From assembly GCF_036588685.1 (NCBI RefSeq), contig NC_086373.1, positions 97,526,001 through 97,590,000 on the forward strand: a stretch of DNA of 64,000 bases, written 5' to 3'. This DNA comes from Mytilus trossulus (lineage: Eukaryota). Positions 26,014 to 38,067 of the stretch are shown here, piece by piece (the stretch's first letter is position 1; every line of letters starts with the position of its first letter). The notes below the pieces were generated by a model. It was not told the DNA's origin. It ran no database searches and saw nothing but the letters and a program-made list of their open reading frames with translations. Made by a program: the position numbers and the translations under genes.

Positions 26014-29000
26014 TTACATAGTCTTTGGTGTATTGTAATGGAATGGTACTCCAAACGCATTAAATGAAGCTATAACTGTTTTTCCCGAATTTCTGTCCTT
26101 AAAACGGCCAATGATCTCTGTACCACCAATTTCGAGTTCAAAATCACCTGTCCATTCCATTGGCCATTCTTTGCCATCTGGTGGTGGAATTTGAACTTGT
26201 CCTAATTTCATACAGCCTTTTTCATCAATAAAATTGGGATCCTTCTCAGTTGTGAAGTACAGATCAAGGGTATGTTTCATTGTTCGTTTGGCTTGTCTAT
26301 TTTTATCTTTGTAAGAATCTTTGATTGTGACTGCACTTCTTTCACCAACTGTCACTTCTTGATTAATTGTGAATAGTTTTTTGAAATAATCTCTGCACCA
26401 CTCTTTCCCCTCCTCTTTCAGTCTCTTTGAGTCCGGGTCGCCTTTTTTGAAAGTTCTATAAGATCGAATGCCATAAGAATATTTCGCCATTCTTGATATC
26501 ACCACAGTTGGATTATGTCCGAATAAAACGGCTCCTTTTAGTACAGCAAGTCTTGCCTCAGTTGGAATAATAACCTTAATATTTTTAAAAGATTCGTGAT
26601 TTCGAATAGCATCTGTGACTATTACTGATTCTGAAAATCCTCCAACCATCACCATAGCAGGTGGAATATGTCCTAAATGTCTGCTGTCTAGAACTTGCTG
26701 TAAATGAGATATAATGTGCTGAGTAGTTTCCTTAAAGAAGCTAATAAAAATACGAGCTTTGATATGTAGCCTATCTCTCTGGTTTTCCTTCACTGACACT
26801 GTACCTGAATGTTGAGATGATTCCACAATATCGGCCAGCTTTTGCTTTTTATTACGAATAATCTCCATTACCCCACCAGGCATACGGATAACGACGTCAT
26901 GATCGCGATCGGGCGTTACTTTACGTTTCTGTTCTTCAAAATCCTGTTGAATTTCTAGCAAATCACTTCTATAATCTCTCTTAATTTCCTCCATTATATT
27001 ATTCCCAAGAACCTCTTCCAAAAATTTCAAGTATTTTTTATCTATATTAGTTCCTCCCCAGTCTCCTCCGCTGGCTCTGTCAATAGTTTTCAAATTGTGT
27101 TCTTTTGTGACTTCATTAATTGATATATCTGCGGTTCCACCTGCAACGAGATACCATTTCATCTATATTGAGCATAATCATTGCACAAAACTAATTTTGG
27201 ATTTAAATGTTAACATATTATACCTGATTTTTTTTAAATCAGTTAAAAATGAGGTACTCTGATAATAAATTGTTATAATGATCACAATAACCTTATAAGG
27301 AATAAGTAAAATATGCCACTAGAATTTTAAAACGGGGAAAAACGGGGGGGGGGGGGGGGGGGGGCCGACATTTTGGCTGCAATTTCTAATATCAATAAAT
27401 AATAGATGTAGTATGATTGCCACTGTCTACCAGGGGAGATAGAAATTTAAAATTTAACAACTGTAAAATTAAAAATTTTATAGTAAAAAGATTATTTACC
27501 TCCCAAGTCTACGATAATTATCTTTTTTCCAGGTTCAAAACAAGATAAGTAATTAGTTCCTCCTGCGACTTTCATGGTATCTATTGGCAACAGTCTACAG
27601 TATAATGCTGCAGCTTCTGGTTCATATGCAAGAGTTAACGACGAATGAGGTATATTGGCCTACAAAGATCAAACATATTACAATTGTATGTTCAATTTGA
27701 GTAGAAGTGTTTCTGACGTAATGTTATGTAAAAACATGTTTGAAGAATTGTCAAGGCAAATTACAGATGAAAATGCTACATTTGTGTTTATATAGAGAAT
27801 AATACATGGCAAAATCCGTATCATATGTCGTATCATCCCGAGACATCAATATCAGCCCGAGGGCCTTTAGGCCCGAGGGATGATATTGGTCGAGGGTGAT
27901 ACGGCATGTGATACGGATTTTGCCATGTATTATACGCTTTATCATATATTTCAACAGAAGAGTTTTATATTATATGAACTGTTTTCTGATCCATAGCACT
28001 GGGTTACCTTCAGTTCTGCTTTTGTCTTGTTTCAAAGCTTTAAAATAACTGCTCAATTATTTATACGAAGCACCTAGGTTACCTTACAATCTGTTGTTTT
28101 GAAAATATTTTGTTTATTATTGTATTATTGAGTGTTTTGTATTTTTTATAGTTGCATTTAGTGTGCCAAAAAAATTGTTGTAAAAACTTGATGTTCGTGA
28201 CGTTACATACCAAACAATGACGACATTCAAAGAGAAAAAAAAAATACGGGTTTTACCATGCGATACGGGGTATGCGATACGGGTTTAGCCATGCGATACG
28301 GGGTATGCGATACAGGGTAGGTGATACAGACTGGAAAAAAGAACCTTTATTAGATATACAAAATAGCTGTATTTTGTACTAAATATATGATAAATGATTA
28401 TAACTCCTCAGCAAAAAGTAAAATCACAAAAATACTGAACTCAGAGGAAAATCAATACGGAAAGTCCATAATCAAATGGCAAAATCAAATAACAAAACGC
28501 ATCAAAAACGAATAGACAAGAACTGTCACATTCCTGACTTGGTACAGGCATTTTCAAATGTAGAAAATGGTGGATTAAACCTGGTTATATAGCGCTTACC
28601 CTCTCTCTTTAATAACAGTCTCATCAAATTCCGTTATATTTACATGATGCGTTAAATATATAGTGAATAGTGTTAAAAAAAGAGTATAATCCATAATAAA
28701 ATTAAACAACGTAAAGCTTGTTGTTCGTTGTGAGTTAAGGCTCCGTGTTGAAGGCCGTATCTTGACATATACTGGTTTATGTTTTACAAACTGTGACTTT
28801 GGTGACGAGTTGTATCATTGACACTAATGCCACATCTTAAAAATCTATTTTTGTAATTGTATTACATAATACATGAAGACAACACGAATCAAAAGTACAT
28901 AACATTCAGAGAAGTATGGTAATGGTAGTTGATGTGATATGTTTAGTTTGTTTAGAATTTTTTGTGAATTGTATTATCCTTTTTATGTAAAAAGTAAAAT

Positions 29001-30278
29001 AACAAAAATCCCGAACTCTGAGGTAAATTCAAAACGGAAGTCCCTTTTTTAATGGCAAAATCAAAAGACAAATGGATAACAACTTTCATATTCCTGACTT
29101 TGTACAAGCATTTTCGTAAGAAGAAAATGACGGATTAAACCTGTCACTTATATGACAGTCTCATCAAATTCCATTATGTTGACACGATGTGTGAACAAAA
29201 CCAACAGAAATTATAGGTAAAGATGTCAAAAATAGGGATGCAGCAGTTAATTTTGTGTTATAATCTTTATCACTATGAAAACAAACCAATATATCAAAAT
29301 CGAAAGTAAAGCATTGCAAACTCGATAAACTAGATATCATAAGCAATCTAATCTAAATTGATGAGTTCTAACGTGTACTCATCCAAATTCCTACCCGTTC
29401 AGCAGCTGTTCTCATAAACTGCTTTGCCGGATCTGACCAGATAGCCGGAACTGTGAGTACCCATTTTATTTGGTTATCAGGGACGTCTAAGTTACGTTTT
29501 TTAAGGTCGTTCAGTAAATGGTTCTTCAAGTATTTGATAGCTTCGGTGAATACAAGCAGAGCTGATATAGGTTTCTTATCCATGTCTTCAACTAAAGTTT
29601 TTTCATCCAATTCCTGAAAAAAATGGTTCTTTTAGTATATTGTCAGAATTTTCACAATCCATTTAGAAACATAGTAAGAAACATCAGTAAAAATTGTTGA
29701 ACCCAATTCAATATGATAGATATGAGTTTACTTATTGGAAAAAAGAGAGTGTACTAACGAATGAAAAAAATTACAAACAAACTAGCTATGTTGGTTTCAA
29801 AAATCTCCTGTTGTAAAAATAGGATCTAGTAGTCTCTAAATTCTGTAATACGACATTATAATTGTAAATAAAGTCAGTCATATATAAGCGTAGCTTTTTA
29901 ACGAGCATCAATGAAATTTAATCATATATAAGAGGAATTGCTATTTCAATAAGTTTATTTACTTTAGAACAATTTATCTACCTCTTTTTCCATCAATAAC
30001 ATCTTGAACCTTGTTACAAAATACCAATCCTCATGTTCCTCATTTTCTGCCAGACTTATATATTTGTTTTCAGCTTCGCGTCCAAAGGAATGGAACTTCT
30101 TTTCTGAGGTTAGAAGAACACACGTGGGTGTTTTGTATGACGGTCCATCTGGCCAGCTGTGGGACGTTATATTTAGTGGTTTGGATTTATATTGATGACC
30201 AAAAGAAAAGGCGTATCCACTATAGGTTGTTCCTATGTCTATAGCAACTACCAAAGTAGAATCTTGCGGGACAGCCAT
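26014..30278 (-). CDS. HSPA12: Heat shock 70 kDa protein 12-like, gene A (~600 aa, intact)
   Basis: Exons 30278-29982, 29613-29395, 27659-27500, 27140-26014, all GT-AG and phase-compatible (1803 nt). Motifs: AIDIGTTYSGYAFS, KTPT, WVLTVPAIWSDPAKQFMR, LAYEPEAA, DLGGGTAD, GGDWGGT, VGGFSES, AVLKGAVLFG. Confidence 0.93.
27790..28394. mobile_element. Foldback non-autonomous element in gene A intron 2
   Basis: 135-bp imperfect hairpin at 27799-27933. Second inverted repeat TTTATCATATATTT (27938) / AAATATATGATAAA (28381). Internal (GCGATACGGG)n array at ~28250-28330. Confidence 0.6.
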
Positions 30279-30382
30279 TACCTGAAACAATTTAGAATGT
30301 CATTAAGATTACTTTATTAATTTTTATTCTTTGCTGAGGTGATGTTTAATTATCGACGTTAACATAACCTATCCAATGTTAG

Positions 30383-31623
30383 TTATGTCACCCCTTTGAA
30401 AAAGGGGGGATATATTGTTATTCTACGATTTTTTTCTTCCACACTTTTTGTCCAGCCGATTTCTCGGAGATGCCTTGACATGTATTTATAAAATTGCACC
30501 ATAATGACAATCCCCATGTGCAAAGTTGCAGGAAGCATGGAATGGTTCAAGATGGCCGCCGTTACCATGGAAACGGCAAAAATGTAAAAAAACGAAAAAT
30601 GATCCAAATTACATAAAACTTTCAGAACTAATAACTCATCGATAGAAGGCGTGACTTCCATCTTGAGAACTTTCAAAATGGCTACCGTTGTCATGGAAAC
30701 CGTCCAAACGTGAAAAAAACGAAAATAAATCCTTAATTAATTCATAGAAAATAAACCGCTACAGATACGACCAAAAAAACCGAAGTAGAAAACAGAAGAA
30801 TAAACTGTAGAATTCATTGCCGTTGGAATTTTTAAGATAGCTGCTGTAACCATGGAGATAACGCATAAAGTGCACATGGGGCCCATATGGTAAAAAACGT
30901 CAAAGTAACATTTTTGTACAGATTTTAACCTCATTCCCGTTTAAATTATATTGTATTGTCATCTTCTGTGATTAAGACTATGTGCAAAACGTCTTCTAGA
31001 ATATGCTAGAAGAAAACTAATACATAATTCAAAGTGCTGCTATTCTATACGAACATCGTGCTTAAGAGAGAAAATCGCCACTGAGAGAGAGAGAGAAACA
31101 CGAAGAGTACACATAATTGACATTTCTGCACTTGCATTAAAGTACACATCCGTTAATTGAACACCTGCAAAAATATACACATTAGCTGAAATCAATCGAT
31201 AAGCGTGTAATTAAATTGTACAAGATAAAATACATGTATCGTGTGATACGCGAGATATTGAAGAATAAAATGAACAGTTAGTATGCCGCTTCGTCAATAT
31301 ATACACATGTTGTCTGTCCAAGGTCCCCTCTAAAAAGAATAGTAATGTACTAACTCCACGATAATATACTTCAGTATCACGTGACACCACCTTTCTTCTT
31401 CGCGCGTGTGTCTAATTTAAGATTTTAAAGAGTTCTCCAACTATATATAGACATCACTCTTAGTCTACGAGAAGAGAAAAGGGGGGGGGGGGGGGGGTGG
31501 TCAAAGGCATGTATACTATACGTGCCATGTGACTTTGGTACACTCAAACTGGTTGCTGCTACTGTGACAAAGTCTAGAACGGGGTGACATCCTCCGCTAT
31601 TGCTTGCAATGGCAAATCTAGTT
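30383..31623 (+). mobile_element. Second HINE-like element, just upstream of gene A's first coding exon
   Basis: Perfect 10-bp sub-TIR ATGTCACCCC (30385) / GGGGTGACAT (31581). Repeated AAGATGGCCGCCGTTACCATGG-like cores. 3' hairpin GCTATTGC-TT-GCAATGGC followed by CTAGTT. Confidence 0.7.
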
Positions 31624-32789
31624 ATATATGTCATCAAAATAATAGAATATTGCATAATTTATCGTACATTCACGAATATTAACATTCCAAGTTTGTAAGT
31701 AAAACAAATATGATAAACAAGGTTAGTGTATATATAACTACTACGTATCCCGCATTTAGATCATAATAACCGGAATTTGTCCTTATATTGTTTTATAGAT
31801 GTTGCCAGATTCTGAGGTTAATTTGAACAATGTGATTTGAATCAATTCAACAACATTCTATTTAAAAAAAAAAAACAGATATTAAAGAGCATATCTTTGT
31901 TGTCCTTTATCTTAGTATTCATCTCCAGTCTTCAATGAGTGGGACGTCCATTTGGCTCTGAGGATTTTATGTGTGTGGTTCCACGCCAGGTTCATATACA
32001 GGAACTTAAAACCCAATGCATGTGTAGGAAGAGTGTTACATTTTTTATACGAGATACAATCAACTAAATGATGGATTGGTACTTAGGTCATTGAAAGGCA
32101 AAGATTCAAACATGCTCTCATTTTCAGTTGCCATCCAATTTCCCGCTTTTCATCTCGATCAACCAACCCTGTAAAACCCTACCTATTGTATAATTCTGAT
32201 TATGAATATGCATGATTATTTGCTATCGGACGTTAAACAAGTAACCAACCTAATGGGAAAAGATGGTATCGCGCTGTTCTTTCAATTGCATTTGTACTAG
32301 CTATTATACGATTTCTTTTTTTTCTTTTTCTTTTTTAATTTTCTTTTTGTTTATTTTGATTGGGATTTTTTTTTTTTTTTTTTTTGGCATATTGATCTGA
32401 AGACCGAAGTTATTTTTAATTGTGATAATTGTTGATCTAAATTATGACGATATTTGTTAACAACATTCTTGTGATAAAACAAACGTAGAAATATTTTGTT
32501 TTTTTGAGATAAATCATTAGCATACACTACAGGTAGAATGGGCGATCCAAACCTTTGTCTAATTCTTAGAAGATACTTACATGTGTTTTTAAGAAGACCA
32601 CCCGCGAACGACCAAATCGCTTCTAATTTATATACATAAAGTGCTGAAATATAAGAGTAAAACAATTACTATGTATTACAATCTAAGCTTTATGTCATCA
32701 TGTCATTTTTGAACAGTTAGAAACGCACTTATTTTGATTCGTCAGATTTGCTTTTATGAATTTTATACTTATTATAGTATTTTTATAAT

Positions 32790-33385
32790 GTGCTTTCTAG
32801 GGTACATGATCTTATTTTCAATCGAAAATACCTCCTTATTTCAAAGACCAGTCTGTACCAATAAGTTCTTATACCTATACCAAACCTATTGCAACTAAAT
32901 TTTTCAATTCCAAACGCGTTTTGCAGGATCTCGATATTGACGACTTCAAATTTAAACCTCCTGATTGCACTTGTGCTAGTTCCCAATTCACATTTAATCC
33001 TGCTGGCCACGTTATTACCGGTGACCTTAACATTGTTAATAACACTTCTCTACGAAATGTGTTATCGAAAGGTCCGAAATATCGTGAGCCTAAATCCATC
33101 AATTGGATATACAACTTTTGATGGATTCAGTCGAGGATTATGCCAGGCAATGGGCTAAGCGCGAGAAGGAAGACGTAGACACTCTATCCGAATGGATTAA
33201 GGCAGTGAGGTCGTTAATACAAATCAGAATAAAGAAACTGAATGGGTCTATCAATGCCCATGCTACGTCAATCTTCAAAGACCCAAATGTTGCTAAACAC
33301 GTATCCGACCTCCATAATAAATAATAAACATGTTGTTTTCCATGCAGACAAAGCCTCAAATAACATTGTTTTTGTCTGTAAAAGT
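32790..33385 (+). mobile_element. Degenerate Penelope-like retroelement fragment (region upstream of RT)
   Basis: Encodes PPDCTCASS...GHVITGDLNIV...LSKGPKYREP...(frameshift)...LSEWIK...ADKASNNIVFVCK, with a frameshift and a stop. Confidence 0.7.
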
Positions 33386-34053
33386 TCAGTATTTTTGTGA
33401 TTTTACTTCTTACAGTATTGCATTACTAGCAAAGAAGTAGTAATCATTTTTACTCATTTTAGGTCAAATGAGGTTTTATTTGCCTCGTTTTATTGCTCTC
33501 CTTTTTGTTTTCCGTGGAGGGTTTTGTCTGGAACTTTGCCATGAACTGATCGACTTCTTGTCGTCTGTTTCTTACTTAATTTTCGATTTAGGATTTTGTT
33601 TACTCTAACGCATACAAAATTATAGATTGATTGTGTATCACTGAAGTCTATAATTCTTTATTTGATTACTGATTTCCAAAGATTAATACCTACATTATTA
33701 TCTAAAAATCAATTAAAAGGGTCAACCGAAAGAAAATAAAACTTTAAATAGTAAGAATTTAAATATAAAGCCTACCATGACCATGATCTGGAGAGGAATT
33801 GGTTTGTATACTTCTTCCTTGTCAACAGATCGATAATCATTGAATTTTACAGACCAACGAATGATTAAATATTTCTTCCAGGTAAGTCTTTTGATGAAAC
33901 ATTTATTGAATTATATTTTTTAAAAAACCCAATTTAAAACTATTTTACTGAAATAATTATATGTTCAATCACATTTTGTTTATATACATTTTGCTTTCAG
34001 ACAATTTATTTTTCCATATTAACGTTGTCACATTTAATTTCTTTTCAGAAAGT

Positions 34054-37000
34054 ATGGCGACTGTAAATGATCCCGTATTTGTAGTAGTAGCAATAGATTT
34101 TGGAAGTCATGGTTCAGGATATGCATTCTCTTTTCGGTATGAGTTTGCAAGCAACCCTATAAACATTAGCACCCCCTACTGGTCATCAGAGAGTGGAGGA
34201 GATGCTACCTACAAAGCACCTTCCTCTATTCTTCTTAACTCAAAGAAGAAATTTGTTGCCTTTGGTCACGATGCTGAAGACAAGTACTCAACTATTTGTG
34301 AAAAGAATGAACAGAATTCATGGTACTACTTAAAAGAGTTTAAAATGAAACTGTATGAAGCTGTTGTTTTAGGACAGGTAATTCTTTTTCTTACATATTG
34401 CACACTAAAGTTAAAATAGCTATTGTTATAACATTACAAGTTTGATATCTAATAAATCACAAGTTCCAAATGACTTAGCAATAAACACTAGAACGACTAG
34501 GGTAGATATAAGACGGTTTAAATTCCTTATACGTATAAAATTACAATGTATATCAATCTATTTAAAAGAGAATAATAGATAAAAGAAAACTATTCAAAAA
34601 GGTTATTTTTTTGTGTTATGATAGTTGTAACTTTATTCTTTACAGGATATTAGAGATGATTTTAAAATGGAGGAAATGAATGGTAAAAAAGTTTCAGCGA
34701 AGAAAGTATTTAGATTAGCAATTAAATTCTTAAAAAAACATCTGCTTGACCAGTTTAAGGAAAGGAACCTTGGTGTGAATAATGATCTGATTAAATGGGT
34801 AATTACGGTCCCAGCTATTTGGAATGATGCATGTAAACAATTCATGAGAGAAGCTGCTGAAGGGGTAAGAACAAACAAAACTATGTTAAGTACAAGAACA
34901 CATTTAGAAAACAAAATTGATTTGGCAGATAAAAATACCATTCCTCTTAGCGTACCTAGTCGACATCTTTGGTTTTGCTCCTTTTATAATTAATGCGATT
35001 CCTTCAGTTTTTATATTTTACCTTCCTAATATTCTTAATGGATTTATGAAATTTAAACATAGATAGACTAATATTGCATATTAATTTTCGGATTATCAGA
35101 TATAAGTACAGACCTAATACACCCATGTATCCTTTTTTTATATAAAAAAAAATATTGGGAACAGTATTAAAGGGACACTAGCTGTCAAATTCATGTTCAT
35201 TGATTCGACTCAAATTCTCATATATTTTTTTATTACATACTTAAACGTATATCCAAATCATAAAATGTCTAAAATATATAATTTACAGTGCATATGCTCG
35301 ATGATATGTATTAACATTTCGTGTGTTTTTTAGTCTAGAACCATCATGGTGACCATCGGAGAATTTAAGATGGTTATATAAACCGATATTAACATAAACA
35401 TACATCTAAATGAATAGCGAACTCGCGCAATTTGATTTTTCTAAGTCTATTTGATTTCACATTTAAGGTTAAAATATATATCCTAATTTTTGTTTCTACC
35501 TGCATTGGAATTACTGTGGATTCATCTCTTTTCGTGGGTGCCAATTTTCGTGGAATGATGAAAGGTGGTATTTTCATGACATTCAGTTTAGTGGATTTGC
35601 CCAAATCTGCATGAAAAACCTTATTGAAAATTTGTAATTCGTTGAACATTTAAATTCGTGGTTGACCTGTAACCACGAAATACACGAAAATTTGTATCAA
35701 ATGATTAATATTGAATCCACGATAGTTTTGTTTTTTTGATCGAATCGGTCAATTAATTGTTTTCCTTGTTTCGCTTTCAATGTTGACATTCTTTTCGATT
35801 TATTAACTGAACACGCCCAATTCATTCGTAGCCCATTTTTAGATAAGGGGGTAAATTGGAGTTTACACGAATACGGTTTCAATGAGTTTAGTTTTTAAAA
35901 CAGCCTTTTGTCCAGATATCCAGCAGAACTAAATATGTGAAACGTTATTGTTCATTAATCAAAAAACCTCTGTGACGAACCCTAGAGTCATCTGAAGTAA
36001 GTGGTATTCTGTTGGGCGATTACTAGCGTTTGCATTCTTTTATGCGACTATAGCACATGGAACGTCATCTGAACATTGAAAAAATATATGTAGTTTTAGT
36101 TGCGTATTGCAAATAATAACACACTTAACGTTCATTTTCTTTCAGGCTGGAATTGCAGGAGATAAATTCTGCATTGTGTATGAGCCTGAGGCAGCATCAA
36201 TATATATGCGTCTTATACCTGTAGAAAAGTTTGTAGGGGAAAATCAAACAACTATATTAAGATCGTTTGATCCTGGCAGAAAGGTTATGGTAGTTGATGC
36301 TGGGGGTAATATAATTATTTAATATGCGATCTTCAAACAAAAACCATCATGACAATAGCTTAATATTGTGAAAAGTACAAAGCAAAACCAAGCATTAAAA
36401 ATCAAAAATAAGTATATTAATTTGTTCAATGTTTTTTTGATGCACTGTTATTGTAAAAAGAAATCGAAATATAAACGAATAAAGATGGAGTTTTATTGCA
36501 CCGTATTTGATTTAGATCGTATTCGGACAAATCTTTTAGATTTATAAATTACCCTAACGGTATGGTCTCGGTAAAGCTAGAAAATATGTACACAGAATAT
36601 TACGTCTAGTGCAGTATACAGTTATTATTATAATTATTTCTTGATATGAAAATTTACCGACGGCAAATCGTTCAATCATTTCTTATACCCACATCTATGT
36701 TTTATCAACATAACCAAACGAGCGTATTAACGTTTTTAGAATAAATGAACCCTAAGATGATTTTTTAGCATATCAATATATTGATGTTTGTTCTATTTAC
36801 ATGTCATTTTTGAGTAGGTAGTACAGTTGGCATGTCAACTGTTTATAGGTTTAATAGTTCTATAGTTAACTTATTTTTTACTTATACCTAGTTCATTTGA
36901 CGTATCAATTACAAATTGTAAGGGATACAATAATCATATAATTTTTTGTAGGTGGTACTGTTGACATATCTGCACAAGAAGTTTTACCTGATGGTCACTT

Positions 37001-38067
37001 GAAAATAATTCATAAAATATGTGGAGGTTCGTGGGGTGGTGAATGGGTCAACCAAGAGTATCGCAAATTACTTAAGAAACTGATAGGAGGAGATGTATTC
37101 CTGGAATTTAAACAAACACAAGGATTAGATTATAATGAAATGATGAGGTGCTTTGAAATCCTTCAAAGGAAATGAAAACTCTGATATATCAACTAGATTT
37201 CCAGCCAACTTAGCAGAGCTTTTAGAATCGAAGACGGATTGTAGTATTTCAAACATGATAGAAAATTCTCGCTTCAGTGGTAAACTTAGGGTGAAAAGAG
37301 ACAAACTATTCATCAATCGAGAACTATTTCAATCGTTTTACAGTGAATCAATTTCAATGACAATTAAAGAAATTAAAGATATTTTGAAGCATGACAGATG
37401 TCGTGACGTATCAGCTGTTATGTTGGTTGGGGGGTTTTCAGAATGTCCGATGTTACAGAAAGCTATTAAAGACGCGTTAGAATTAGAGGTTTTCATTCCA
37501 GTTGAAGGTGGATTATCTGTGTTAAAGGGGGCTGTAATCTATGGTCATGATTCTTCTATAGTAACATCTAGAGTGTGTAATTATACGTATGGCGTCAGCA
37601 TAAGCCTTCCTTTCAAGGAAGGAGAGCACCGAAGGGAAAAATATTATAGATGGGATAATGAAGACTGGTGTAAACACCTTTTTCATGTTTGTTTTGTTGA
37701 GGGTCAAGACGTTCGTGTGGGGGATAAAGGTATGATTGAGATTAATAATACTTTTGAAAGTGAAGATTCCAAAACTAAAAGAACGGAACCTTTTACTGTT
37801 GAAATTTATATTTCTGATGACAAAACGCCAATGTATGTTACAGACGAAGGATGCAACTTACATGCAAAAATTCATATCGACCCCCCTAATGGAATATGGC
37901 CTGTGCATGCCTTTGGATGGGTAGAACTTGAAATCGCTGGCACCGAAATGATAGGAACTTACGTGAACGCAAAAACAAAGGACCGAATATCAACGAGGTT
38001 TGAATTCCTTCCAACGGGTTATAAAACATTAAAAGGAGAACGTGAAAGAATGCATGCAATGGATTGA
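34054..38067 (+). pseudogene. HSPA12: HSPA12-like gene B with a frameshift in the last exon (pseudogene, null allele or assembly indel)
   Basis: Exons 34054-34377, 34646-34864, 36146-36305, 36952-38067. The exon-4 frame hits TGA at 37173-37175, and homology continues in the +1 frame (ORF 37153-38067). Alignment to gene C indicates ~11 nt are missing at ~37158. Confidence 0.82.
35514..35722. mobile_element. TA-flanked MITE in gene B intron 2
   Basis: TA|CTGTGGATTCA ... TGAATCCACGA|TA imperfect TIRs with internal TTCGTGG / CCACGAA repeats. Confidence 0.5.

Noticed and set aside
27345-27364. Poly-G/poly-C runs (also ~19973, ~31481, ~43326, ~49916) as functional G-quadruplexes
   Set aside because: Simple homopolymers with no positional conservation among paralogs, and their lengths are unreliable in assemblies.
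37152-37176. Programmed +1 frameshift at AAA-TGA in gene B
   Set aside because: The paralog alignment is explained by a simple 11-nt deletion, and gene C has no such site.
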